A stretch of 64,000 nucleotides of DNA. It comes from Microbotryum violaceum. Taxonomy: Eukaryota. Every line of letters starts with the position of its first letter. Positions within the stretch are counted from its first letter, which is position 1. Where the stretch lies: positions 248,001 through 312,000 of the forward strand of contig LN717261.1 of the NCBI GenBank assembly GCA_001244265.2, given 5' to 3'. A program made the translations under genes and the position numbers. A model generated the notes under the pieces. That model was not told the origin of the DNA, did not search any database, and saw nothing but the letters and a program-made list of their open reading frames with translations. Below are positions 43,471 through 57,594 of this stretch, piece after piece.

Positions 43471-45640
43471 TGTGAAGAGTCCACTCTCAGCTCGACAGGG
43501 GCGCCTTGGTCGTTGCGCGAGCCCGCTAGCCCGCCCCCCTGCGGTGGGGACTTAGACGCGCGCGACTTCCTCAGCGCGTCAGCAATTTCACCCGCGCCTG
43601 GGCCTATCCCAGCGCGGGTCCCCTTTCTGTTTCTTAGCTTCCTTCTCAACACTTCTGTTCAACTCTCAACCTCTCCTGACAGTAGTGGTGATCGTCTTAT
43701 AGGTTATTTGCCCATCAACCTACCGCTGGCGTGGCCACGACACCACTCCTTGCAACGGGAGCACACCCGACATTTCCTGCCGACCAGCTTGCCTCCCTTG
43801 CAGCGCTGTTGTTGGGCCTCGCCGCCGCAGCCCCTGGCATCGCCACACCCGCCACATCGACCGGCACCACTTGCACCGCCTTCCCCAAGCACGCACGCTT
43901 GGATGGGCCAAAGACATTGGCAAACTGGACACGCCAACTTTGCCTGTGCCTAGCAGACGACATCCGCTCGTATGCCCTCGACGGTATTGTACCCAACAAC
44001 TGGACACCTTCGCAATGCTCCACCCGCGATGTCGTGGCTTGCAAGATCCTTGCAAACTTGATTGACTTGGCCAAAGTCTTGGCAGTCCTTGACAAAATCC
44101 CTACCGGCGAACTCACAGCGCCCAAGATTTATTTGATGCTGAAATTGAGGTACACCCCTGACGACGCAACCCGCACACTTGAGCTCTTCTTGCAACTCTG
44201 GGGTTTCCGTCCTATGCCCGGCACAGTTGGATCATGGAATTCAAAGCCATTGCGCAAGAGATCGTCGATGCAAAGACAACTATCAATGATGTTCTCGCCA
44301 CACTCCTCCTTGCCATCGCACACCCGTCCCTCGAGAGCTTCAAGGTGTCATTCATCGATGAACAGCGCACACAACAAACTCTCCCCGACATTGATTTACT
44401 TGCCGACCGCATGCGAGTCCAACTCCGGTCCACCAACATCCCCGGCAATCAATCGGCCCTTCTTGCCTTGTCGTCGTCCCGTCCTACACGTCCCACGTGT
44501 CTTGCCTGTCACAGCCCTTCACACTGTGTGGCGGAGTGCCCTACGAGGGTGCAACACCCGCCGCCAGGACCCTGTCGCACCTGCAAGAGGAAGGGCCACT
44601 GGTCTCTCAACTGCAAGAAGACTCTTGAGGACGGCAAAAAGTCCGACACCACCACCTCGACCGTTGACTTGCAACACCATGTTGGATGTCTTGCCACCGG
44701 TCTTCTCGCTCGTCGCCGCCAGCTTCGCAACAACTCCTTCGTCCTTGACACGCACGCCACTTTGCACATGGTCTCGGACAAGTCGCTGTTCACGACCTAT
44801 CGCCACATCGCTCCCACGAAGATTAGTGCTATTGCAGGGGGTATCAACGCCATCGGAACGGGAAACATTGCCTTCATTGCCGCCTCAGGTCATCCGATCA
44901 CGCTCACCGGTGTGCTGCACACCCCGGGCCTGTCTGTCAACCTTCTCTCAGTCTCACGTCTCTGCGACAGCCACAACGTCCGCGTCGCTTTTACAAAACA
45001 CGGAATACACATTGACAAAGCCGGTACCGACATTGCTGAAGGCGCAAGGCTCGACGAAGGGCTCTACTTGCTGGACGCTGATCATTCCAAATGTCAGCAT
45101 CTTGCTCTCCTTTCTCACCCCCAGTCTTCCGTGCCCCTACTGACCCTCCACCGCTGCCTCGGCCAGCTCGCACCGTCCTCCATACAGAAGATGGTTGCCG
45201 CTGGTTTGCTGGAGGGTCTCGGGGCGGATATAGTGACAAAGAGGTAGAGAAGTTTGTCTGCAATGCTTGCCTCAGCGCAAAGGGCCATCGTCTTCCGTTT
45301 CCCGATTCGGATTCGCACTCCTCAGAGAGACTTGGCCTAGTACATAGCGATGTGCTTTCCCTCCCCAAGCGGTCCTTGACTGGCAAACGGTACCCTGTCA
45401 CGTTCCTCGACGACTACTCCCGCAAACTCTGGGCCTATGCGATCGGACACAAAAGTGAAGTCTTTGGCGTGTTCAAGACTTGGCTTGCCGAGGTCAAACT
45501 TGAGACGGGTGCAACACTGAAGCTCCTCTGAACCGACAATGGTGGCAAATATTGTTTGAGGGTGTTCATGGAGTTCTGCAAGGCACAGGGCACACATTGA
45601 CAGTACTCTATCCCTCGCACGCCTCAACAGAACGGTCGGG
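43471..45640 (+). mobile_element. Ty1/copia 5' fragment (LTR 43471-43699, gag, protease, partial integrase)
   Basis: LTR followed by TAGGTTAT; zinc knuckles CLAC..H...C and CRTC..GH...[35 protein letters not shown], then truncated. Confidence 0.93.
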
Positions 45641-45968
45641 TGTGTAGACTTGTACTTCCCAAGGGAGACTGGATCGACAACCAGTAAGTACACGAGAAAG
45701 AGTACGGGTTGTAAGGGAGTATTTGGAGTGTTAGGGGAAAGACTAAAGAGGCGCGCAGTGCGAGTGTGCGAAATATCTCTAAGTTCAAAGAGAGGTCCAA
45801 GCGGCGCGGCCAGCTAGGCCCGGCGCGGATTGGAGATCGATCTAAGCAAGAGTGTATGGAATTTAACAAGACTCACCTGAGAATTCCGCAATCGGGAGCA
45901 TCACCTTTTCAAGAGACACACACACCTATTGATGGGACCAGTAGACAAATGTTAGGTTGAATGTCACA
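45641..45968. mobile_element. Possible solo LTR
   Basis: TGT..GTCACA ends, begins exactly where the copia integrase breaks off. No TSD found. Confidence 0.4.
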
Positions 45969-47195
45969 GGGATAAAACCAATATCCGCGGAAAATCTCTT
46001 GACTCACCGCAGCTTAAGCATAAGATACTAGACCAAAAGCCAGGGGTTGGTTGTCCGGCTGCGCCGCGTTGAGGGAGGCCACCTTTTAGCTCTTGGCGCA
46101 AGCTGCGAACACGGCAACGAGATTGTTCAACAGTTAGTTTGACAGGTTGTCTGACTTCCAACCAAACTGGAAATCTCTCTGCAGTAATGCAAATACTTAC
46201 CTGCCACTTCCTGCTCTGGACAACAATATAACTTCTTCAAGATCACCCTAAAAGTGTGGCCACAGCAAAGTTCCAAGAACCCCTCCAAAGATGGTCAGCG
46301 TTGCCAAGATGTCACGTGTGCCTCAATCTGCTTCGTGTTTGGTTGACCGCGCATTGGTCCCCCCGGTCGCTGGCGGTGTCTTTACCGGCGGCTTGTAATG
46401 CTTCAGCCATACCTTTCAATGACTGTGCCATACGGTCAACTCACTCGGAAATAGCCAGGGCAGATTGAAAGGTGATGGTGGAGGCAAAAGGGAAGAAGCG
46501 GTGGCAGTGAGTGGGAGGAAGGAAAAGGAGGCTCGCACCGGCGTGTGGACTTCCTAAACAACACGGGGCTGTGGCCTAATGCCAGTCATTTAGCCGTGAC
46601 GGCGCTTGCGCCCACGTCCTGGCAAAGGCCCGATTCGTGCCAGTTGCGCGGCGCACCGACTCGCGCCTTGCTCCCAAAATTTGTCTCTGTCCGTAGGCGC
46701 AAGAGGCGCATTTCCTTCTTACGTCGCCCCACAGCGACTACTACAATCTACGACACTTGGTTGAGGATGTTTTACAATCGGATCTTGGGCAGGTGCTATT
46801 TTGAGAAATGGAGATCACACCGGCATGGAATCTCCAGAATGTTGTGGACATCTGGAACGACCAGTTGACTGTAACTTGTGAGCATGTATGTGATCACTTT
46901 GGGGGGTATTTAGCATCAAAATTCTACGTGATCCGAGAACGCCTCAGAGTCGCGGGAAGGGGAAAGGGATGACGGCTCAAATGGATCTGTCAGAATAGCC
47001 CCTGTCATGAGTTTGCTCAATTGAATCAACAGTATAGCTTCAGTTCTGCTAGGAGAGTATTTTGCAATACTTTAAACATGTGTCGAGAGCAAATCATGTC
47101 TTTATGTATTTATTGCAGGCCAAGTACTTGGTATACTGATTCCTAGAGTTTGTAATACTAGGAGGAATAGCAACCAAGGTCTTGACATTGTCACA

Positions 47196-50100
47196 CCTCA
47201 CCACAGCACTCCAAGAAGCACCTCCTAAGGGCGTGGAAGACGCTATGGACCAAGATGATGAGCACAACTAAAATTCCAAACGTGTCTTTTGTTGCTGCCA
47301 ACGTGCAGTCAATCAATGAAGACCGTAAGTGTGCCTCTCTTTTCTCCAATCTCCACTCCCATAACGCCGACGTCTTTCTCCTGAGCAAAACTGGCCGACC
47401 TTCCCCGAAAGGGTGGCCCAGTGGACTCAGGGGTGTCAAGACTTAAAGCTCTCCGCTCTCTTTCTTTCAACAACACTGCCATACTTTGGAAGAGCGACTC
47501 CGTGGTCATTACTTTTGATCCCGAGTCGCCTCCAAACACCCTTCGTGCCTCTTTCTCTTTCCCGGACCGAGTCACCGACGCCACCTTTTGTGTGGGTGAT
47601 TCAAAAGTCCGGGTTGTATCAATATACGCGCCTTCCTCCGACAAGCCAGACAAAAAACGCTTCCTCTCACACCTCAGCACCGCCCTCCGACAAGTTGTAC
47701 GTGACGAACCCTCGCCGCCTGCGCTCCTAGTAGGGGGGGACTGGAATTGTGTTGAGTCCCAGCCCCTCGATTCGGAGAACCAAAACGGAACGAATTATGG
47801 GGGTCAGGAGATGCGCGACCTTGCCACGGCCAACAATCTTTTCGACGCCTATCGGCTCCATCATCCCAAAGGACGAGCCACGACGAATCGCTCAGCGCTC
47901 GGCACGTGCCGTCGCCTTGACCGCATCTATGTCTCGCCTGATTGGGTCGACCTCTTCCATGATCACAAAATTTGGGCTCCTGTCCTCAAATCGACGCACT
48001 CAATGGTTGTGGCACGGTTCCAAGTGCCGGGCGCAATTGACATCGGTCCGGGCAAATTCAAGCTGGGTTTGCACGTGATCGAGGGCGACGCGACCTGCGA
48101 GTACCTCACCTCCATTGTCCGCACCCTTTACAACAAAGCCCTCCTCCAGACGCCCAACGATCCACCAGCAGCTTGGACGTCCACCAAACACCGCCTGCTG
48201 CCCGAGCTGCAGGCTCTGGCCCGGACTTTCGCTCGGTTCCGTCGTGGCGGGTCGGAGCAAGAGAGGGCTGACCACTCGCGCTACGGCGCGGCCCTGCGGT
48301 CCCGCCTCGACCCATCTCTGGCGGGTCCCTCTTCCATCTTCATCCGCCTGCGCAAAGTGCGAGCATCCGACCTGATCCCTTCGCTCACGGTCAACGATGT
48401 TGTTCATTCCGACCCTGATTCGATGCTTGGAGCGGCCAGCGACTACTTCGAGCGGGTCTATGAGGACCGCCCCATCGATGACGCGGCCCTGAAGGCGATC
48501 ATCGACGGCCTCGCTTCAACTCGCCTCTCCCCGCGGACTCACTCAAGCTCGAGGAAGCGTACCCGTTGGAGGAGATGACAAAGGCTCAAGCGGCGTGTAA
48601 GTCGAACTCTTCGCCAGGGCCTGACGGCCTCCCGGTTGAGTTCTATCGCGCTACGTGGCCGGCCACTGGTCCGATTCTTCGAAACGTCATCAACTCGATC
48701 CCCACCGAGGCCCGTCAGCCTGGACCTCTTCCCCGCAACACCGCCCACATCCATCTCATCCACAAACGCGGCGAGAGGGATCAGCTCTCGAACAAACGCC
48801 CCATATCGCTCATCAATGCGGACGAGCGCATCATCTCGCAAGCCCACAACCAGCGCCTCGCTCCCTTGCTCGAGTCCCTGATCGGCCCAACCCAACGTGG
48901 CTTTGTTCCGAACCGTTGGATCGGCACGAACATCGCTGAGGTCCAATGTCTCATGGACCCTGGACTTCCGGGCTCAACACCCGTGTCTGGCATGCTAGCG
49001 GTGATGGACTTTGAAAAGGCTTACGGTCGTCTTTCCCACCCGTACCTTGATGCAGTCCTCTGCGCCGTTGGCCTCGGCCCCAAAGCCCGCCAATGGTACC
49101 GAGCGACCTACACCAACCAATCTGCCTCGATCTTCCTCAACGGTTGGCTCTCTGCCACTTTCGACATCCTGTCGGGCGTTCGGCAAGGTGATCCTTTGGC
49201 TCCGTCTCTCTTCGTCCTGGCGATCGAAGGTTTTGCCTGTTAGATTCGATTGAGAGTCAAGGGCATCGATATTGCGGGCCTCCAAAACGTTCGCGAACTC
49301 CTTTTTGCCGACGACGCTTGCTGCGCACTCCACAACCTCTCGGACCTCGACCACCTCAATCGGGCGATCGAGCTTTACGAACGGGCAAGTGCCAGCAAGC
49401 TCAGCAACGTCAAATCTTTCCTCTACCCCCTTGGATCTTTTCGGGATCGGTCGATCGCCCCAGATCTCGGGACCTGGCGTCTCAGCGATTCGCAGTTTCG
49501 CTACCTTGGTATTCAGGTCGGGGTGGAGATCGCCGAGGATGCGGGCTGGGAAGATGTCAAGGCCTCGACCATCGCTCGGATACGCTCGATTACGATGTAC
49601 GATCTCCCATATGCAGCCAAGTGTTCGATCATCAACATCTACTGCTACACAAAGATCTTGTACTACAGCCGATTCCTTCCCGCCCCCAAGAGCGTTGTCA
49701 AGGAGATCGAGGAGGCCGCCATGCTCGCCATTCACGGTCGAGCTTCGGATGGTACTCAGCGACGTCCGAAGGTCTCCCGGTCGCGCCTCTGCACCCCTCT
49801 TGATCACGGCGGCTTCGGTTTGATTGATCTGCCTCGGCGTCTAGCAATCGATCACGCGAAGTGGGTCTTCCAGCTCCGGGCCCCGGACGGCTGCTTCACA
49901 CGCCACCTCTTCGACATCCGCATCCGCCTCCAGGCACCAAACGAACCAACCCCTTTCACCTTGTCCAGACCGGCCCCCAACCAGCATCGTTGCCCTTGGA
50001 TTTGGATCTGGTGGGCATACTTTTGCAATCCTCCCCCAAAGTGGGACCATGTGGTGAGAAAAACGACAAAACTTCTTCCTGCTCGTTGGGTCCGATACTT

Positions 50101-50998
50101 CGAAGCCTGGGCGTTGGTGACCACGCTCAATCCCCCGGAACTCTCCAAGAGCCAGAACCTCGAGCAATGGGCGACGCACGTACTCTATTTCCCAGCGGGC
50201 CACGGAATACAACTCTCGGTAAATTTGACGCTTTTTCGAGGGCCCGATGGCGAGGTGATGACCCCGTCTTCGTTTGTGAACGCGTTCCAACGCCACCAAG
50301 TCTTCATCTTCCCCCTATCTTCCCCAAGGGACACCAGAAGGTATTCGATCTGCCTGAGCAACGCTGGAACGCTTGGTGGAAGGCTTTGCGCAAGGTTCGC
50401 CGGGTTCACTCGGACGCCGAGGATACCGGCCACCTTCTCTCCCTGGGCTCCCTCCATCCGGGAAGCCAAGTCGCCTCCCCAACCAGCCCACATCCCAACA
50501 ATCGATCTACCTCCTGTGTGATGTGCCTCTCGGAAGCACCCGAGTGCCTGGTTCACGTCGCGGTTGGCTGCACATTTGCCCGGCGCCTCTGGTCTGCTCT
50601 GTCCCCGACCCCCCACCCAGTCTTTGTGGACTTTGTATGCCCGGTCGTGTCTCGCTCGGAACGTCGACTTGTCGAACTACGAGTCCTCTTCTTTCACTCA
50701 ATCTGGAAGCTCTGTCGCCGTCGTCGATTCTCGTCGGATCTTTTGGAACCGATCACCGAAACAGAGTTCGAGGGGCTTCGAGCCTCTATCCAGGAGTCCA
50801 AGGGTCGCCTAGTGTCTCTGTAAGACACCAAAGGGGGTTTTAGTGGGTATGGTTGATCCTGGTTCAGGGTCAATGAGTCCTACACTACTGGCTTCTGCCA
50901 GTGTGCGTAACAGCATTCCCTCCGACTTTTCCGAAGATTTCTAGGTATTAATATAAGTATGCTGTTAATGAAGTCTATCAAATAAATAAATAAATAAA
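47196..50998 (+). mobile_element. Non-LTR retrotransposon (L1/Tx1-like LINE), 5'-truncated, ORF2 disrupted
   Basis: APE endonuclease (SIYAP, GGDWN, RRLDRIY), RT (SPGPDGLPVEFY, RPISLIN, DFEKAY, GVRQGDPLAP, FADD), GGFGL, zinc finger CVMC..HVAVGC. In-frame TAG at 49241; (AATA)n tail at 50980-50998. A probable ORF1 tail overlaps the ORF2 start. Confidence 0.95.
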
Positions 50999-51330
50999 CA
51001 CTAAAGAGACGGTGCGCTCGGCGGAGCGACTTTCGAATTCCAATCGGGCATATCAACACCTTGATAGTGTTAATTTAAGCCTCCCTAAGCCGGCTGTGAG
51101 CTTCTACAGGGCAAACTCACGATGACTGGAGACTATGACGTGCTCCAAAAGTACTCCTTTTCCTTACTTAGAAATGTTGGACTTTATTGAGAACTCTTGA
51201 CATGAACTACAGGCAAGATATAGGGGGTACATCCAAGGAGGGTGCATGTTCCCCGCACGCCAGGCATTTAAGCTACGCTTTCTTCTTCTATTCTCTGGCA
51301 TATTTAGCTGTTAGTTTAGGTTAGGTAGAG

Positions 51331-51545
51331 GTGCCGCCGCGCGCCCGCAAACGCTCGGAACGCGTTTTCGAGGACTTTTGAGCGATTTTTGGAGCATGTA
51401 GAACACGCTTTGATAATATTTCCGAGGCGCATGCGAAATTTTGACATTTTGGGGCCAAAATAGGGTAAAAAACTTTGACAAAAAGGCCAAAAAAGTGCGT
51501 TTTTCCGCATGCGCCTCTGGCTGGGCTTTCGGGGGTCCTGCGCCC
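51331..51545 (+). repeat. Most complete copy of the modular repeat, including motif copy 3 (51511-51539)
   Basis: 5' part matches 8441-8592; 3' part matches 205-262. Confidence 0.85.
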
Positions 51546-51774
51546 CGTTTTTTCTAGTCCAGAGACGTTCGCTCTGAGGCGGGAAACGGCCAGCTCGCAC
51601 CTTTACGACTCCCCCTCTACCGCCGCGCCTTCTCAGCCGTTCCTCCACTTACTCGCCATTGGCGACGAGCTTGGGATCACTCGTTGCTGTACTATGAACA
51701 CTCGGCGTTCTCTGTCGGCGTCTCTCCACCCCGCTCAACCCCAGGGATAAACCCGAGTCAGCCACGGCATCATC

Positions 51775-53142
51775 ATGCCGGACGAGCGCGCCAGCTCCAG
51801 ACCGAATGCGACCACAGAGCAGGTCGAGCGGGTCGCTACTACTCCTGCTGATGAAGAGGCATATCTGTGTCACGACTCGTTCGCTCGTTCGCTCCTCCCG
51901 TTGATGCAACTGCGAGGGGCGCCCGCCGACAGTGCTAGCGCCACTGATGGACAAAGGCCCCCTACGAGTCGTGTCCGACCGCTGCAATGTAGGGTGCACT
52001 TGGCTACTAGATCCTCCCTCGAAACATCTCGACTGAAACCGCAGTGCTTGCGACCATCGTATCCATCGCTCGATAGCTCTACAGGCTCTACGCGCACCCG
52101 TGGTCGAGACGGCTTCTCCGCTAGCGTCGCCGACTCATGTCGTAGTCCCTCAACGAGTGATGGGTGCCGTCGGGCGTTTCGATTCTTCGTTCTCACGCGC
52201 TACAAAACCAGAATCGAATGCACCTGCTGCTACCCGCGGCCATGCGAGCCCGATATCTTCTCGAGCTGGCCTATTTCAGTCAAACGCTCTGACAGACCGA
52301 GCTGACTTGCGTCCCTACGCAAAGTCGATGATGCACGGGTCCCATATTCCCATTTCTGGGAGGATTCCGAGACCCCCCTCGCCCACGGTGAATTGGGATG
52401 GTGAAGGCCACGACGGGACACTTGAACAATGGAGTCCCCGCAAGGTCAAGAGTCGAGCCTTGTAAGTAAGCGGTGTGGGGTGTGGCTCAATATTTCACCG
52501 CTAAGGGATGTGCGCCAGCCTCGCTTGGAGAACAGGATGGGATTTGCCGCGCGCGCCACGTTGCTATTCTCATCTACCCGCACGGCAAACGTTCTGTGGC
52601 AGCATTCGATTGCACACAATCGTACTGGAGTGGGATTGGCACAGAGCATCCAAGATGTTGCTCGGCCCTCATTGTGCCTGAGGGTATTGTCTGTGCTGCC
52701 CGACAACGATCCACGGGAAATGCCGAGTTCTCTAGCACGCCCGCCCACGACATCAGCGCGTATCGGCGGAAAGAGATCCGTCTTGCTCCACTGCCGTCTT
52801 TCATTCACGCCCATCCACGCGCAATCAGATCGATACCATGATGCAACATGCGACATTCAGGATGGTTTTGTCTTGCTCTCTGTACTCGACAGTCCCGCTA
52901 ATTCCACCTGTGTGGGTGAGATTGTGCCACTACCGTCGGACTTGGTTGGACAACAAACTACTACCACGGCAACATCCAACGGGTTCGTTCCGACAGGTAC
53001 CGCTGATCTATCACGCATTCAAGCGGGCTGTGACGTATGGGTTCTTCAACCGTACCATCACGTCGAGATTGTGAGGGTTGACTCACATAGCGATGTCAAG
53101 CGAATCAACTTGATATGCACACGCTTTCTGGTGGCGACATGA
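51775..53142 (+). CDS. Hypothetical protein (multi-exon)
   Basis: Overlapping plus-strand ORFs 51775-52305, 52100-52465 and 52429-53142 with plausible splice sites (gtaagt at 52462). No domain recognised. Confidence 0.5.
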
Positions 53143-53256
53143 TTATATAACCATGCGTATCGAGCCACGTATTCACATGCATTGCATATATTGTCAACAA
53201 TAGTCAGGAAAGGTCATGAGTCCTGTCTTTCATGTCATCCAGAGAGAGAGCTCGAT

Positions 53257-56200
53257 CTAAGCCAGGATGAGTGATGCGGCACGCTTGCGGACGAAGGCAG
53301 GCGCCACATTCTCCTTAGAGCCTGCATTGCGAGCAAGATGGATAGACGACTTGGGTGTGCTTGAAAGTGTGGGCAACGAGGTGGCATCGCGCCGACTCGA
53401 GCTACCAAAGCCGAGACTAGGCTTACGTATGCGCCCTTTCTGTGAGGGGGTAGCTTCGCAGAGCCCGCCGTCGGTCAGCGCCAAAGGGGGTTGCCCCACA
53501 AACACCACAACTCGAGGAATATCGGAAGCCTGATGTTGATTCTGCGCGGTCTTCGAGGTCGTGATAGACATCTGTGAGAGTCGAGACGACTGAAGTTGAC
53601 GCTTCCACGCCGAAGCCTCCTGCTGCTTCGCCTGCGGTCGTTCGAAGCACGGTCAGCAGGGCATCGCCGAGAGTGTGCTGATCGTTAGCCGTCTTTATCA
53701 ACTGCTCACCTCGAGTGCGATGTTCAGGCCGAGGATATCCGACTCCAACTCAGCCTTCAGGTTCTTGAGCGCGGTGTATCTGCCTGAGGACAGAGGCTTT
53801 CCTCGTTCAGCAGGGTATCACCGGACGGGAAGCGGAAGCAAACTCGACTCACCATCACGAACTGCGAGTCGATTGCGCAGCATTCCAACCATAATCGCGT
53901 TTGTCTTGCATTCGTTATCAAGCTTCACAATACGGGCAGCGTGACTCGAGATGTCATTCTTTACTGTCTCCAATTGTTGCTCCTTGGATTCGATTACAGC
54001 CCCAAGCTCGTTTTGGACCCGACTGAGTTCCGACTCAGCGAGATGGACCTTGTTGACGGCCTCTTGCTCAATCAACGAGATCGAGTCCATGAGGCGTGTG
54101 ATCTCGGCTTGGTGTTCCTTCCACGCCTTGGTATGAAGTGCAATCTGGTCATCCTTGACCTTCAGCTCTGCTTCAAACCGTTCGGAGCGAACGTCCTGCT
54201 CCTCGAGTAGAACGGTGGCCTCGAGTAGACGCGCTTGAAGATCTTGAGATGTATTCTTGGCTTGCCTGAGCTCGCGTTCCATCCACTCCATTCTGTCGTT
54301 CGCATGCTCGTATGTGATCGCCATATTCCCTCGCTCTGTGTTTGGCGCCGTGCACAACTCGTCGGTCGACCGCATCCCTGGGTGCGGCGAGCCTCGGACG
54401 CTTGCCATTTCCTCCGCGTTCTTGTGCGCGCCCATATTTGTGCTTGCCGAGTGGGCCGCGTTTGCCGCAGATGTCTTCTGAGCTTGTTCGTTCGAGGCGC
54501 GAGAGTGCTGTCCTTCGTTCCCAGGAACAGTCTTGTCGCTTTGACCGCCGATCGTGTTTACATCCTGCCTCCAGTTGGCGCGTGCATCATCCCGTTCTTG
54601 CCGCAAAGCCTCGTTCTCGCGGACCAGTTGCAATACCTGCTGCTGCATACGAGAGTGCGTCTCGCTCAAATCAGCTTGGGTGGCTTGGACGACACGCAAA
54701 CGTATTTCGCGATCGCGAGCCGCGTCTTGCGCCTTGAGGAGCTCGGCTCGCGAGTCCCTCAAGTCCATCTCGCGTTTGTTCTTGTTGCTCAGTTGTTGCT
54801 GGATCCGAGCTTCCAACTCTTCGGTGAGTTTCGAGACAAGCCTCACGAGCGCTTCGTTCTTCCTGAGCAACCTCTTGAGCACTCCTTCGGGGCCGCCGTC
54901 ACGGTCCAGCAGGGTGTGGTTGGTCTCGTCCAAGGTCGCGGTGATATGTTGCAACTGCCTCTCCAGCGTCTCGTTACGCCCAGCGAGCTTGGCCAGTACC
55001 GCGTCCTTACGTTGGCATTCGGTGCGTATGATCGCAAGAAGCGAAGCAATGTCCGATTTTTGAGCCGTCGTGTGTCCTCGCCACACATCATAGGTCGCGA
55101 CGAGGGAGGCGAATGCATCAAAGCTCTCTTGAAAGTCGATGGAGGATGTATCATTCATCGATGTTGGTGGAAGGGACAGAGCGAACGATGGGTGCTCTTC
55201 GGGAGTGAATGACGCCAAAGACGAAGTCGTACTTGTGATGTATAAAGATCCTGGCTTTCCTCTGAATGGCGCTGCCCTTCCGATACGGGACGCTGCCTCA
55301 TCACACAAAGGCAATCGCACAGACTCAACTGTGGTGTTGGGCTCGGACTGCAGGGTACCAACAAGAGATGCGATCAGGTATATACCACAATCGGGCGAAT
55401 TCCAGTGGTGTGGGCGGCAGAGCTTACTAATTCGGAAATGGGTGAGAGATAAGTTAGTGGCATAGCAGCGAAGTAGAAGTCGTCCAGCTGGTGGTCTCCA
55501 GCGTCATTTGCGAAGTCTGACGAACATCCTTCGATACTGGTGCAGCTCGGCGTACCAAACTCTCCGGAGTGTTTCAGCTCTTCCAAGGCGTATTGATCGC
55601 GGGGGCGCAGGTCTGGCGAGAGATTTGGAGGGCGACCGAGAGGAGTGTTGGCCTGTGCGCTCTCCATCAGGCGAGCAGGTTCCTTGTCACCTGCTTGACC
55701 TCCGTGTACGAGACGACCCCATTCATCTGCCGCAATGCGACTACCCTCTGATCGCTTTTGCATAAAAATTCGGTAGAGCGATGAGCCGATACAACTCGCA
55801 CGAGAAATTGCCGAGGGTGGAGTCACATTTTCCTCGTTGGAGCAGCTATCCGAGACGGTTATGTGAGCAGCGGCACAACCGAGAGGTTTCGAGGCTTCCT
55901 GATCTCGACCCATTGCCAGCATGTCCGGTGCTTTATCAGCTGGCATCGGCGGCGAGGCACCGGGGTTACTTGGTTGCAAAGACTTGATACGCGGAGGCAA
56001 CCGAGGAGGGTCGCTGGCTGATGGCCTTGAAAGACGATTGACGCCGGCCGCTTCGTCGACTTGGGAGAGGGCGGCCAACCCGGGTGCAAATCGAGCACCC
56101 TCGCTTTCAAGCTGAGCAAATGTTGGCCTGCTGGTAGATCCAAGATCTTGATTGGTGGATGCTGCCAACATGGATATTGATGCTCCAGCGAAAGGGTTGC

Positions 56201-57014
56201 TCTCGTCGAAGAGGTCACGTGCCTCGCGCACGCTGCGAGCAAAGCCAAGTCCGACGACCGGCAGGTGCTTGGCCAAATCGATGGCATAATCGCTTGAGGT
56301 CGGACTCGTTACGGCAACCGCGGGGCGGTGACTAGTAGCTTCGACGACGCTTTGATCGCCGGGACCAGCCAAGCGAGAAACTGTCGATGCGAGGGACGAA
56401 TCTGGCGAGGGGATAACCGCTTGTAGCCGAGACAGGAAGCTGGCGACCAAGTGACTGGAAACTTCCTCTTCGGAAGAAGAATTTTTTTCCTCCCGATCCT
56501 CTTCCTTTTCAACGCGCAGAACTCTTTCTTGTTCCCCACTTCCGCCGTCGCTGGTGAGCGAAGGTGAACGATCTGGTCGAGCACTAGGAGAGTGATCTTC
56601 AATGCGCCTCGCACTACTTGTGAAGCGCACTGATCGACCAGTGCCCGGCGTTCCAGGCACTTTCAGAATCGTCCTGACCGACGGGGCAGATGCCTGCCGT
56701 GTCCGATACGAAGTCGGAGACTCCGTAGCGTCACTGTTGGCGCTCGTGGGATCGAGGAGAGCCGGAAGCGGGGGCGGCGGCAGGCCCAGCAGAGGTGATG
56801 GGGCCAGGGAAAGTGGGGAGAATTGCACCTGCGGCGGTCTTGGAGAGCGTCCTGGACCGGAGGTGCTCCTCTGTTGTGAAGACGCCAAACAGATTGGAGT
56901 TGGCGATTGTTTCGGCAAAGATTCGCTGATCTCAATGAGTCGGGCTGACTGCTCCTCGACATCGCATAGGTTCGAGTCGTTCTCCTCGAAAATGAGCGAC
57001 GTCTCCTCCGTCAC
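53257..57014 (-). CDS. Large protein with disordered N-terminus and coiled-coil C-terminus (multi-exon; true start probably slightly upstream)
   Basis: ORFs 55374-57014 (546 aa, ILKVPGTPGTGRSVRF) and 53818-55320 (500 aa, heptad E/L/R/Q-rich), plus short downstream ORFs. Confidence 0.7.
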
Positions 57015-57594
57015 GCTGAGTTGCCACTCATCGCTATTGACACTCGTGTTCGCAGTGGGGCATCCTGTGTCGACATGGCAAGGAAGAAGGGAGTTTCAAT
57101 CGCTGCCGGTGCGAACGTCTGAGGCTAAGATGTCCGCAAGCGCACCATGGTTGGGTAAAGTGTGGGCCGGTGCCCCTTCGGCCTTCATTTGGCGTGTGCA
57201 CATACCGAACCACTGAGCGAAGGATGGAGGCTTCCTGGGTCATTCAAAGCCTTGATTCGCGATTCAGCCCACCGTAGCAAAAGGAATCAGTTCAGTGCTA
57301 TTCTCGGGGAGAGCTGTGCAGGTCGCCTCGAATTAACTCACCTCGACCACCCCACAGGTGCGATGGCGTCACTTGGTCACCGGGTCACGGCGAGGTTGAG
57401 CGACAGAGTGAAGCAGGAATATACAGCAATATGGATAGCTGGCGTAATCCGATGGGTGTGAAGCGACGCGAAGCAAGCAAGGTGTGCGTGCGAGTCGACG
57501 CGCGGAGTTGAGTGAAGATGGGAGAGAGAACTCTCGAGAAGGTTCCAACCATGGCCTACCCTGGCGGCCCGCAAAATTGGACATTTTTGGCCCA

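Noticed and set aside
49238-49255. Programmed stop read-through in LINE ORF2
   Set aside because: TAG is most simply a CAG>TAG mutation, and the element has other frameshifts.
54235-57216. Long plus-strand ORFs (e.g. 54235-55212, 56602-57216) and many similar shadow ORFs
   Set aside because: They are antisense shadows of real genes or TEs in GC-rich DNA.
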